Below are positions 32,959 to 42,466 of a stretch of 64,000 bases of DNA, piece after piece (positions within the stretch are counted from its first letter, which is position 1; each line of letters begins with the position of its first letter). A program made the translations under genes and the position numbers. The DNA lies in the NCBI GenBank assembly GCA_013373515.1, contig JABXHR010000016.1, forward strand, positions 20,000 through 83,999. The letters run 5' to 3'. Source of the stretch: Gammaproteobacteria bacterium (GTDB lineage Bacteria > Pseudomonadota > Gammaproteobacteria > JABXHR01). A model generated the notes under the pieces. It made no database searches. It had not been told where the DNA came from and worked only from the letters and a program-made list of their open reading frames with translations.

Positions 32959-34464
32959 GTGGATACCATTTCACTGTTGATGCAGGGCTTTGATGTCGCC
33001 CTGACCCCAACCAATTTAATGTTGGCGGTGGCGGGCTGTATTATCGGCACCATCGTCGGCGCATTGCCCGGTCTTGGGCCAAGTAATGGCGTGGCGCTGT
33101 TGATACCACTGGCCTTTAGTATGGGTTTGGATGCGACCGAGTCGTTGGTGTTGATGACCAGCGTGTATTACGGCGCGATGTATGGCGGTCGAATTTCCTC
33201 GATTTTGCTGAATGTGCCTGGCGATGAACCGGCGTTAATGACCACGCTCGACGGTTACCCTATGGCCAAGCAGGGTCGGGCAGGTGATGCGCTTGTACTG
33301 TCAGGCGTGGCCTCGTTTGTGGGTGCTTTCTTGGCAACGATTGGCTTGATGTTTCTGGCCCCGACACTTGCACAAGTGGCTTATTTGTTCGGGCCGGCAG
33401 AGTACTTTGCCCTTTACTTATTGGCATTCTCGACGTTGGGCGGTTTGGCCTCAAAAAGCCAAGCCAAAGCGGTGTTGGCTTCTTGTATTGGTCTTGGAAT
33501 TGCGATGATTGGCCTCGACAATTTTAGCGGCATGCCAAGGCTAACCGGGGGCAGCATGCACCTGATGGATGGCGTGGATTTTCTGGTGGCCATTGTGGGG
33601 TTATTTGCCATCACCGAAGTCTTTGTGTTTATCGAGAGCCATGGCAAGGAAAGTTCAATCGGCGTCACTCTTAACAAGATCACCATTCCTATTAAGGAAA
33701 TCCTCGGTAGCACGGTGACCATGTTGCGCTCGACGGTGATCGGGTTCATCGCAGGCATTTTGCCTGGCGCGGGAGCCTCATTAGGTAGCTTCTTAGCCTA
33801 TTCGGCAGAGAAGTCGATTGCAAAGGATAAAGAGACCTTCGGTACTGGTAACCCCAAAGGTGTCGCTGCGCCTGAAGCGGGTAACAATGCGGCCGCTGGT
33901 GGCGCTCTGGTACCCATGCTGACCTTGGGTGTGCCGGGCTCCGGGACAACGGCGGTGTTGTTGGCACTGTTGATGACGCTCAATATCACACCGGGTCCCT
34001 TGCTGTTTGAAGAGCGCCCTGAAGTGGTTTGGGGTCTGATAGCGGCGTTGTTGATTGCCAACGTAATGTTGCTTGTGCTCAACGTACCGCTGGTGAAGTT
34101 GTTCGTCAAAATCTTGATGGTACCGCCTCGGGTGCTCCTTCCAGGTGTGACAATGGTGTCATTTGTTGGCATTTATTCGCTGTCTGGGTCGTCTTTTGAT
34201 TTGCTGCTGATGATTGGATTCGGTGTGTTGGGTTATGTGCTACGTAAGCTCGATATTCCGACAGTGCCAATCATTTTGGGCATTTTGCTCGGCAACCATA
34301 TGGAGGACAGTCTTCGCCGCGCGATGGTGGTCTCCGGTGGTGAGTGGCAGTACTTGTTCTCATCATGGATCGCGATTGTGTTGTGGATTGCTGCCATGGT
34401 GGGCTTCACCGCGCCGTTGTTTTTGCGCAATTTGATCAAGAAGCCAACCGCGCATGACCACTAA
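32959..34464 (+). CDS. tctA: Tripartite tricarboxylate transporter large permease TctA
   Basis: 501 aa polytopic protein with TctA-like sequence (...GALPGLGPSNGVALLIPL...). Confidence 0.9.
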   Translation: MDTISLLMQGFDVALTPTNLMLAVAGCIIGTIVGALPGLGPSNGVALLIPLAFSMGLDATESLVLMTSVYYGAMYGGRISSILLNVPGDEPALMTTLDGYPMAKQGRAGDALVLSGVASFVGAFLATIGLMFLAPTLAQVAYLFGPAEYFALYLLAFSTLGGLASKSQAKAVLASCIGLGIAMIGLDNFSGMPRLTGGSMHLMDGVDFLVAIVGLFAITEVFVFIESHGKESSIGVTLNKITIPIKEILGSTVTMLRSTVIGFIAGILPGAGASLGSFLAYSAEKSIAKDKETFGTGNPKGVAAPEAGNNAAAGGALVPMLTLGVPGSGTTAVLLALLMTLNITPGPLLFEERPEVVWGLIAALLIANVMLLVLNVPLVKLFVKILMVPPRVLLPGVTMVSFVGIYSLSGSSFDLLLMIGFGVLGYVLRKLDIPTVPIILGILLGNHMEDSLRRAMVVSGGEWQYLFSSWIAIVLWIAAMVGFTAPLFLRNLIKKPTAHDH

Positions 34465-35794
34465 AGTTCTTGTGCCCTCGGGTGTTCTGGGGTTGGGTTT
34501 CGATCGGGAGGCGTTGGCCCTTGGTGTTGCCGAAGGCGCAGATATCATTGCCATCGATGGCGGGTCCACAGACAGTGGGCCATTCTATTTGGGCACCGCG
34601 CAGTCGAAGTATGCTCGTGCCACCTGCAAAGCAGAATGGCGTGATCTTATGTTGGCTAGAGCGCAATTGGATGTGCCTTTGGTGATTGGCTCTGCGGGTA
34701 CCTGTGGCGCGGATTCAATGGTTGATTGGATGTTGGCGCTGACCCAGGAGCTTGCCGTCGAGCTTGGGCAGTCCCCCAAAATCGCGCTGCTTTACAGTGA
34801 ACAATCTCAGACCACGCTGCAATCGCGCTGGTCTCAGATCTCCCCATTAGCTGCCGCGCCTGCGTTTGAGCAGCAAGACATCGATACACTGTCGCACTGC
34901 GTCGCACTGGCAGGCGTCGAACAAATCCAAGCCGCCTTGGACACCGGAGCCGATATCATCATCGCAGGACGCTGTACTGATACTGCGGTGATTGCCGCCT
35001 TGCCGATTTCCCGAGGTGAGCATGTGGCCGCCGCTTGGCACGGCGGCAAAATTGCCGAATGTGGCGCACTGTGCACCAGCCATCCGGTGACCGGTTGCGT
35101 GATGTTGGAAGTCGACCAAACGGGCTTTACCATTCGTCCGCTTCACCCAGATGCACAATGCACACCGCATAGCGTCAGTGCCCACATGCTCTACGAAAAC
35201 GCCGATCCCGTGGTGCTCTATGAGCCAGGCGGTCATTTGGATGTGAGCACCGCCCAGTATCGAGCACTAGACGAGCGTTCGGTTCGGGTTGAAGGCAGTA
35301 CATGGATCAAAGCTGAGCGCTATACCGTGAAACTTGAGGCTGCTCGGATTAGAGGTTACCAGTACAGTCTGCTGGCTTTGGTGCGCGATCCGCACTATGT
35401 GAAGCATATCCGACAATGGTCGGCGCACTTACAAGGCTTTTTGCACCGTTTGATTGAAGACACCATGGGCGAGCTCGATTATGACCTACAGCTGCGGTTA
35501 ATTGGCGTCGATGCCACATTGGGGGAATTGGAGTTTGTCGAGTCCCATCCAGTCGAAGTCGGCGTGCTCGGGCTGATCACTGCGTCGAGTGACGATCAAG
35601 CGCAAGAAATTGCCAAGCTCTGCAACCCGCATTTTCTACATTTCTCGCTGACCGACGACGAACCCTCGGTGACCTTTGCGTTTCCCTATTCACCTGCCGA
35701 AACTTCGCGCGGCGCGCAGTATGAGTTTGTGTTCAATCACGTGATGGAACTTATCGAACCCATGGATGGCTTTCGACTGAAGGTGGTCTCATGA
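34454..35794 (+). CDS. DUF1446 (acyclic terpene utilisation AtuA-like) family protein
   Basis: About 446 aa. Overlaps tctA by 11 nt. Followed by the canonical DUF4387 partner. Confidence 0.65.
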   Translation: MTTKVLVPSGVLGLGFDREALALGVAEGADIIAIDGGSTDSGPFYLGTAQSKYARATCKAEWRDLMLARAQLDVPLVIGSAGTCGADSMVDWMLALTQELAVELGQSPKIALLYSEQSQTTLQSRWSQISPLAAAPAFEQQDIDTLSHCVALAGVEQIQAALDTGADIIIAGRCTDTAVIAALPISRGEHVAAAWHGGKIAECGALCTSHPVTGCVMLEVDQTGFTIRPLHPDAQCTPHSVSAHMLYENADPVVLYEPGGHLDVSTAQYRALDERSVRVEGSTWIKAERYTVKLEAARIRGYQYSLLALVRDPHYVKHIRQWSAHLQGFLHRLIEDTMGELDYDLQLRLIGVDATLGELEFVESHPVEVGVLGLITASSDDQAQEIAKLCNPHFLHFSLTDDEPSVTFAFPYSPAETSRGAQYEFVFNHVMELIEPMDGFRLKVVS

Positions 35795-36102
35795 AGACCA
35801 TTGGTGACTATGCGAAATTGATTCGCAGCAAGAATGCTGGCCCATTTTGGCTGAGTGTCGATATATTTGCGGAGGCACAGTATGCAGTCTTGTGTAATCG
35901 GCTCGATAATCAAAAAATTGCCGAGGCGTTTAAGGTGCCGCCGGATTCACTGAAGCGCTTCGATCTCGATGATCTGCGGGTCATAAAACTAAGCCTGCCA
36001 AGGCCAGTTGTTCAGGGTGCTACCGCAGATCGAGATCAGCATGGTGCGCAGTATGCTCACCTAGTGTCAGCTTTAGGCCTTTTGCCAGATGGTGACAGAT
36101 AG
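35791..36102 (+). CDS. DUF4387 small protein (AtuA partner)
   Basis: 103 aa with 4-nt overlap to the DUF1446 gene. MKTIGDYAKLIRSKNAGPFWLSVDIF... matches the DUF4387 pattern. Confidence 0.6.
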   Translation: MKTIGDYAKLIRSKNAGPFWLSVDIFAEAQYAVLCNRLDNQKIAEAFKVPPDSLKRFDLDDLRVIKLSLPRPVVQGATADRDQHGAQYAHLVSALGLLPDGDR

Positions 36103-36879
36103 CGGTCGGCCATCTGGCAATGTATGGACTAGATGCTCATTGATCAGCCCGTTGCCCAGCGTTAGCAGCACTTCATTTGGCTCCAATAGGAATTTTGGAT
36201 TTCTTGGGCGGCATGGGCCGACGTGCTGCGCACCTTGCATAAAGGTTTGGTAGAGCAGGATTCCTTTGGGTTTTAGTAAGCTCGGCAATGTCGGTAGCAA
36301 GGGGCGATGGAGGTAGCGCGCGACGTGAATCAGATCGAATTGTTCACGCCATTCGCTTGGCCAAGCAAAGTTGGGGGTTTCTAAGTTCATACGCTTGGCG
36401 TCAATGGTTACGCCACAGCGCGCACTGCTTCGTTGGAGGCGCGAAATAGAATCCTCGGAGTAGTCAACCGCGGTCATTTGCCAGCCGGCGCTGGCGAGCG
36501 CCAAGCTGTCTCTGCCAGCACCGCAGGCGATGTCTAAGGCGCGTCCCAAATTGATTTGAAGCTCGCTTTGCCGGTGGTCTATCCAGTCTTGAATCAGCGT
36601 CGAGGGCTGCCAGTGAAAAATGGGCTGCTTGCAGACCCAATTTGCATCAGATATGGGCGGTATTGCGTTGTCGATTTGATAGGGCTTGTCGGCAAAGTAG
36701 TGCTTGGCCTCTGCCAGCTGAGCGTCGGTGCCAATCAGCTGAAGTGCAAAATGCGTGCTCGGCAATTCATGGCTTAGTTCGAACAGCTGCCTGGCCGGGA
36801 TGTTTGCGGCATTGGGGTGATGTGATGCGAGGTAGTCGCTTTCGTCACGCAGGTCGATTATGACAGTGTTTGCAGCCAA
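36073..36879 (-). CDS. Fusion protein: N-terminal rhodanese-homology domain (no catalytic Cys) plus a TehB-like SAM-dependent methyltransferase
   Basis: C-terminal region aligns with E. coli TehB (ALDIACGAGRDSLALASAGWQMTAVDYSEDSI vs [32 protein letters not shown]). N-terminus VIIDLRDESDY...ANIP is rhodanese-like, but the active-site loop IGTDAQ lacks Cys. Confidence 0.7.
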   Translation of the reverse strand: MAANTVIIDLRDESDYLASHHPNAANIPARQLFELSHELPSTHFALQLIGTDAQLAEAKHYFADKPYQIDNAIPPISDANWVCKQPIFHWQPSTLIQDWIDHRQSELQINLGRALDIACGAGRDSLALASAGWQMTAVDYSEDSISRLQRSSARCGVTIDAKRMNLETPNFAWPSEWREQFDLIHVARYLHRPLLPTLPSLLKPKGILLYQTFMQGAQHVGPCRPRNPKFLLEPNEVLLTLGNGLINEHLVHTLPDGRPLSVTIWQKA

Positions 36880-37652
36880 TTTTTTAGCTCCAGCGTGTGA
36901 TGGGGGCGATGGATGTCGTTGACTTGGATTCCCAGTTGGGCCAGTGAGTCAGCGCTGGGCTGTGCTTGGCAATCGGCCAGCGCGCCGAGCAATGATTCGC
37001 CTTCTGCGAAGAGACCGCTAGGTTCGTTGATGTAATCAATGATGTGCTGGGGTTCTAGCTCTGGATGGTATTGCGTCCCCCAAAACTTGATCTTGCCTTT
37101 CTCGTAGACGAAAGCCTGCACGGGAGAGTGCGCATTAGTGGCAATTAGTGTGGCCTCACTTGGCAATGTCACGACATGGTCTCGATGCACACAAAGTGCC
37201 GCAAAGTTGGTTGTTTTTCCACGCATCATGGGGTGATCGCGACCATCTACCGTGAGCGCGATCTCGCGCGCAAAGCCAATTTCTAGACCGTTGGGATTGG
37301 GGCCATTTTGGCCGCCCAGCACTTGAGCGGCCAGCTGCATGCCATTGCATGAGCCGAAACAAGGTAAGCCCGCATCAAAGCATTGCGCCATTGCGGCTCG
37401 AAGTGGCGCGGCTTCTGGATCGTCAACGCCCCAACTGACACCAGCACCGGTAAACACAGCGCCTTGGTACTGGCTGTAGTCTGTTTCTTGCACAGAAAAG
37501 GTGTGTTGGTAGGGCTCGATAATGTCGAATTGCACACGTTGGTCTAGCGTTTGTAAGCAATCTCCGTATTGTTCGGCCGCAGTCTTTTTTCCGCTGGATC
37601 GAGCCATGTTGACCCGCGTGGGGCTATTGCTTTCGATGATCAGTAGCTTCAT
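36858..37652 (-). CDS. Class I glutamine amidotransferase domain protein (stand-alone GATase1)
   Basis: Catalytic Cys in LPCFGSCNGMQL and a His-Glu dyad in GTQYHPE. Start at MKLLIIESN. Overlaps the downstream MTase gene by about 22 nt. Confidence 0.75.
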   Translation of the reverse strand: MKLLIIESNSPTRVNMARSSGKKTAAEQYGDCLQTLDQRVQFDIIEPYQHTFSVQETDYSQYQGAVFTGAGVSWGVDDPEAAPLRAAMAQCFDAGLPCFGSCNGMQLAAQVLGGQNGPNPNGLEIGFAREIALTVDGRDHPMMRGKTTNFAALCVHRDHVVTLPSEATLIATNAHSPVQAFVYEKGKIKFWGTQYHPELEPQHIIDYINEPSGLFAEGESLLGALADCQAQPSADSLAQLGIQVNDIHRPHHTLELKNWLQTLS

Positions 37653-37724
37653 GGATTGTTGGCCTTTTGATGATGCTGGCGGTACTTTTGGCATTCTAAC
37701 GACTCTTTTTATTTGGAGGTAACA

Positions 37725-38456
37725 ATGAAGCTGGCTTTGATCAGCGGTGGCTCGCGTGGTTTGGGGCATGCCGCCTGTGAGCAATTAATTGGGGATGGTT
37801 TTGAAGTCATCGAATTCTCTCGAACCGCACCGCATGACTATTCGGTTCGGTGTGATTTTGCTGATCCAACTAGCGTGGGCCAAACGATCACAGAGACATT
37901 GCTGTCGCTTGATCTGTCGGATCTCGAGACGCTCTGGGTGATCAACAATGCGGGTGTGCTAACGCCAATTGGTCCGACGGCAAAATTCGAGACAGCAGAG
38001 TTGATTGACAATATGTCAGTCAATATCGCCAGTGCAGTGGTGTTTATGAGCGAGGTGATGCGCCAGATTCAAAATCTTCCTGCAAGGAAGGTTATCGCCA
38101 ATATCAGCTCGGGTGCTGCAACGTCGCCTTACGCGGGATGGTCGCTCTATTGCATGGCCAAAGCAGGCATTGAGCAATTTGTTCGCTCGGTGGCTGAGGA
38201 GCAAAAAAACAGTGTGACCCCAGTCACATTACTGAACTTCATACCCGGCGTCATCGATACCGAAATGCAACGGGAAATTCGCTTAAACTCGAAAGAAAAC
38301 TTTCCTGAAGTTCAGAAATTTATTAATCGCCATCAGCAAGGATTATTGCGATCAAGTAAGCAAGTCGCTGCTTCTCTGATCCTCGCCATGGCGGATCAAT
38401 CGCTTATTTCTGGCCAAACTGTTTCTGTTGACTCATATCTAACTGTTGACTGTTAA
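37725..38456 (+). CDS. Short-chain dehydrogenase/reductase (SDR) family oxidoreductase
   Basis: N-terminal Rossmann motif LISGGSRGLG, NNAG motif, catalytic YxxxK (YCMAK). Confidence 0.8.
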   Translation: MKLALISGGSRGLGHAACEQLIGDGFEVIEFSRTAPHDYSVRCDFADPTSVGQTITETLLSLDLSDLETLWVINNAGVLTPIGPTAKFETAELIDNMSVNIASAVVFMSEVMRQIQNLPARKVIANISSGAATSPYAGWSLYCMAKAGIEQFVRSVAEEQKNSVTPVTLLNFIPGVIDTEMQREIRLNSKENFPEVQKFINRHQQGLLRSSKQVAASLILAMADQSLISGQTVSVDSYLTVDC

Positions 38457-38533
38457 CCAGTTCACAAAACATAGATCGATGACTTGGGGTATAGTCTAAG
38501 TTGTTGATCTAAAAAGATTTTGTGAGGGTTTGC

Positions 38534-41500
38534 ATGATGCGAAATTTGACACATTCAAGCTTTCTCGTCGGATTATTGACGAGCTTGCTAGTGGTTTCTT
38601 GTGGTGGTGGCGGCGGATCAGATTCCGGAACGACAGACACTACAGATGGGGGCACACCGTCTGCACCAAACAGCGAGACACAAACCGTCAGCGGTAAAGT
38701 TATCGATGGCTACATTGAGAAGGCGCTGGTTTGTTTTGATGTGAACGCAAACCTTAAGTGTGACTCGGATGAGCCCCAGGCCTACACCGATGCATCGGGC
38801 AGCTATTCCATAGAAGACGCACCATCAGATTACGTCGGCAAATACCCCATCGTCGCTGAGATCATTAGCGGTGTTTCGATCGACCGTGATCGCAGTGAAC
38901 AACCTATTGAGCTTGACGGCAATCAAACCTCACTGAGTTTGATCACACCTGCCGGTGAAACCATTGTCACGCCATTGACCACGCTGGTTGCGCTCACTAA
39001 AACGGCTGAGCAAAACATGGCCGATGTCGAGGCCTTGATCAAAGCAGAGCTTCAACTTGATGAGAACATCTCGCTATTTGAAGACTTCATTGCGCCAGAA
39101 GGACATGACGAATCGTCTGATGAGTATTGGGCTTATCAAGAGGCACGTGGTCTTGCACAAGCGGCGTTCGATGCTGTCAAAGCCACGGTTGGCGGTGCGA
39201 TTGAGGATATTTCGTCAATCGAATCGCTGCAAGGCAAGGAAAGTGAAGTGCTGCGTGTGGCAATGAAAACTGCCACCAAAGCCGCGATTGTCGCTGTTAA
39301 GAATACGCGTGAAGTTTATAAAGACGTGGTGACTCAGGCGCGTAAGCAGGCTAAGGAAGCCAGTTTGGAGCAGGACATCGGGAAGTTGATGGCGCAAAAC
39401 AAGGCCATTCAATCGAAAGTAAGCGATGAGATCGATGTTCAGGTCAAGCAAATTGCCAAGCTCTCCAAGGTAGCGCTGGAAGAAATTGAGATTGCTGAGA
39501 ATGCTGAGCTACTCGACACAGTGGCCGAATTGAAAAAAGGCGGCTATTTCTTCGAGCTATCTGATACAGAGGACAATGGTTATTTCTACACAGAAGAAAT
39601 GCTGATGAACATCAAGGCTAATGACGATGGTTCATTGGACCTTCGAGGAGCTCGGTTGAGCGATATCGGGGATGCCGGCTCGCTAGACATCATGCGTTCG
39701 GTTAGCGATGGTGCAGATAGTTATAGTTCAAATGCGGCATTTAAACTCGCCAACAACCGATGGATCGGGCCAAACGATACTTCGAGTAGTGCAGGCTATA
39801 TGTGGCAAGATCTTGGAGATGGTCGAGTGGCCATCAAATTTGACCATGAAACAACGGTTGTGGCTGCAGGTGGCTACAGTGTACAAAGCTGGGAGGAGTT
39901 GCTCAAAACTGTAAGAGTCTATTCAGATCGTTCTGAAGCGACCTACATCATCGAAGGCGTGTTGGAAGGCCTGCGGGAAACGCCGCTGTTCGATGCACCA
40001 CCGGCAGACCAGCGCATTGTATTGGTCAGCGGGATTGATGATGCTGGATGGGGTGAGCTGTACGAAAGTGACATTACCGTCAATAAAGCCCTTAAGTTCT
40101 CCGGCACGCTTAGCACCGGCGACACCTTTGTCGGGCGCGTCAACCTAGAAAGCCAAAATTACAATTATCTAAATTGCCAGGACATCACCATTGTTCAGAC
40201 AGATGGCACCAGTGGGCAAGCCTCGCTGAACTGCGAGGTCTACACGCCAGATTGGCAGACGGTGGAAGTCGCAGCAGATGTACTGATGCATGCCGACGGC
40301 ATGGGACTTTCGGTGCAACACGATGGTGAGACCTACTACGGTGGGTTTAAACGTCATGAGGGCGTGTTATACGCGGTCTATGGCGGCAACAATGAATATC
40401 AAGCTTGGATCTCTCAAGCGCAGCCTAGCTCGCTGGAAGACTTAATCAACGATGTCAACACGGCACCCAAATTCGCGCCGATTGACAGTAATGTCACCGA
40501 GCCCTATGTAGATCTATGGGGTGAGCGTTTTTATCGCTATGCCGGAGAGATTGTTTGGATTCCGTCCGACACTTGGGACGACGGCAATGCGACATTTGAA
40601 AGCACATGCTCGCTTAGCGCAGAGGCTTTGAGCTGCACGACCACGCAAGTGACGGACAACGACTTTGAGTTAGCGTTGGGTGACTGGGGCTACAAAGAGA
40701 CTCGCAAGAACTCAATCGTGGTCACGCTGAACGATAAGGGCAATGAATGGTCCCCCTACGCATTTGAGAAATCGACAGAGATCTTAGGTATGGATGCTTA
40801 CAAGGAGTACCGCAGCGATTGGGATGACAACAAGCAGCGCTATGTGGAATCGGTTCGACGCGTTGAATCCGAGGGCTGGTCTGACAGCTACGGCTACTCA
40901 GAGGATGAAGTGGCAGCTTATGTGGCTAACTTCGATGGCGGGCAAAGCGTTGGCAACATTGAAGAGATCATCAACCCGACTGCACCAGCGACCATGCCAA
41001 CGGATCGTAAGACTTTGGACTCTACGCCTGGATTACGTGTGAATGGGGAATACCTCTACAAGGACGATACGGGCCAGATCTATTCGCTGTACATCGACTG
41101 GCAGCGTGAGTTCGATTGGGATGAGGGTTTGTTTAAGGACCTTGAAGTCGTCAAATCGACCGCGTGTGAAATTGTTGCTGACGCCTTGGTGTGCTCGATC
41201 ACTGACCGTTGGGGCAATCAAAATGTCATGACGTATTTTGTCGAAAACGCTACGGTTATGGTCAGCTCGTTGCACTTAAATTACAACGATGCTTTGGCGT
41301 TGGTGAGCAAAAGCGCACCAACCTCAATCGATGACTTGATGGCATCGGTGACTGCCGAGGGCGAGCCAACTGCGATGATTTCGGCCTACTATCAAAACGG
41401 TGACTGGTACAACAATATGTCACTGGCCATTGAAAACATGCAGGCTGGCGACACCTCGGGTACTGCGTTTGCAGGCTGGGGCACGCAGATGTTGGATGAT

Positions 41501-41782
41501 TGGTCCAAGGCGGAAGACTGGGGCTTTGACAATATCGGTTGGTCGGTTAGAACCATCGGCGGCAGCCAAGCATTGATCTGGGATCAGCCCTTCTGCGGCA
41601 CTGAGGACGAGGCATCGGATGATGATGCATCGGACTACTGTAGCTATCAAATCATCGCCGAGCACGATGGTGCACTTTATGCTGGCTACTATGGCGTGGA
41701 TAAGAGAGAGTTCATCATTCCAATGCTGTCCAAAGCACAAGTACAACAAGTGCTCGACGCCTACCTGTCATATGCGCCTTAG
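38534..41782 (+). CDS. Large (1083 aa) acidic lipoprotein of unknown function
   Basis: Signal peptide with lipobox MMRNLTHSSFLVGLLTSLLVVSC followed by a Gly/Ser/Thr/Asp linker. Rich in Asp/Glu/Trp/Tyr. I recognised no known domain. Confidence 0.6.
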   Translation: MMRNLTHSSFLVGLLTSLLVVSCGGGGGSDSGTTDTTDGGTPSAPNSETQTVSGKVIDGYIEKALVCFDVNANLKCDSDEPQAYTDASGSYSIEDAPSDYVGKYPIVAEIISGVSIDRDRSEQPIELDGNQTSLSLITPAGETIVTPLTTLVALTKTAEQNMADVEALIKAELQLDENISLFEDFIAPEGHDESSDEYWAYQEARGLAQAAFDAVKATVGGAIEDISSIESLQGKESEVLRVAMKTATKAAIVAVKNTREVYKDVVTQARKQAKEASLEQDIGKLMAQNKAIQSKVSDEIDVQVKQIAKLSKVALEEIEIAENAELLDTVAELKKGGYFFELSDTEDNGYFYTEEMLMNIKANDDGSLDLRGARLSDIGDAGSLDIMRSVSDGADSYSSNAAFKLANNRWIGPNDTSSSAGYMWQDLGDGRVAIKFDHETTVVAAGGYSVQSWEELLKTVRVYSDRSEATYIIEGVLEGLRETPLFDAPPADQRIVLVSGIDDAGWGELYESDITVNKALKFSGTLSTGDTFVGRVNLESQNYNYLNCQDITIVQTDGTSGQASLNCEVYTPDWQTVEVAADVLMHADGMGLSVQHDGETYYGGFKRHEGVLYAVYGGNNEYQAWISQAQPSSLEDLINDVNTAPKFAPIDSNVTEPYVDLWGERFYRYAGEIVWIPSDTWDDGNATFESTCSLSAEALSCTTTQVTDNDFELALGDWGYKETRKNSIVVTLNDKGNEWSPYAFEKSTEILGMDAYKEYRSDWDDNKQRYVESVRRVESEGWSDSYGYSEDEVAAYVANFDGGQSVGNIEEIINPTAPATMPTDRKTLDSTPGLRVNGEYLYKDDTGQIYSLYIDWQREFDWDEGLFKDLEVVKSTACEIVADALVCSITDRWGNQNVMTYFVENATVMVSSLHLNYNDALALVSKSAPTSIDDLMASVTAEGEPTAMISAYYQNGDWYNNMSLAIENMQAGDTSGTAFAGWGTQMLDDWSKAEDWGFDNIGWSVRTIGGSQALIWDQPFCGTEDEASDDDASDYCSYQIIAEHDGALYAGYYGVDKREFIIPMLSKAQVQQVLDAYLSYAP

Positions 41783-41795
41783 TTAGATAGCGTAG

Positions 41796-42374
41796 TTATA
41801 TTGCAATCAGCAACGCACTGGCGGCCAATAGGACCGCCATTGTGTTTTTAAATCGACGCCACGCGGTGTCTGATTGCAGCAATTTGGCCAACAATGCGCC
41901 AAATACACTCCAAAACAAACACACCATCAGATTGATTGAGCTGAAGCTTAATCCCAACACCAATGCTGCAAGGCCTGGCGATAGATGCGCCGTAAAGCTG
42001 GCACTTGCCGCGAGTGCGACGGCCCAAACCTTTGGGTTGATCCATTGAAACAGCACTGCTTCGGAAAACCGCATTGGACAGTCGGTCTCAGCCGCGGCCG
42101 CAGGAGGTGCTGCGCGATAGAGTCCGTAGGCCATCCTTAGAATCCATGCCGCACAGCCCACTTTCAAAATCACAATTAGCTCTGGGGTTTGTTGAAGCAA
42201 TGCGCCAAGCCCCAAACCAGTTGCTGCGCTGGTAATGCCAACCCCGACGACGACCCCAGCCAAATGTGGCAAGGTCGGTGCAAATCCAAATCGCGCACCG
42301 GAAGACGTCAGCATGATGACATTTGGGCCAGGCGTGAACAGCCCAACGAAAATAAAAAGCCAAAGTGATTGCAT
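41796..42374 (-). CDS. LysE/RhtB family amino-acid exporter
   Basis: MQSLWLFIFVGLFTPGPNVIML...; about 190 aa with 6 TM helices. Confidence 0.8.
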   Translation of the reverse strand: MQSLWLFIFVGLFTPGPNVIMLTSSGARFGFAPTLPHLAGVVVGVGITSAATGLGLGALLQQTPELIVILKVGCAAWILRMAYGLYRAAPPAAAAETDCPMRFSEAVLFQWINPKVWAVALAASASFTAHLSPGLAALVLGLSFSSINLMVCLFWSVFGALLAKLLQSDTAWRRFKNTMAVLLAASALLIAI

Positions 42375-42466
42375 GGTTCTCCAAAGCGTCAACACTGGGT
42401 TTCGAGTCACTGAGCACGCACTTTACATTTACAATCGCAGTACGTCACAACTATTGCGCATTGTTT

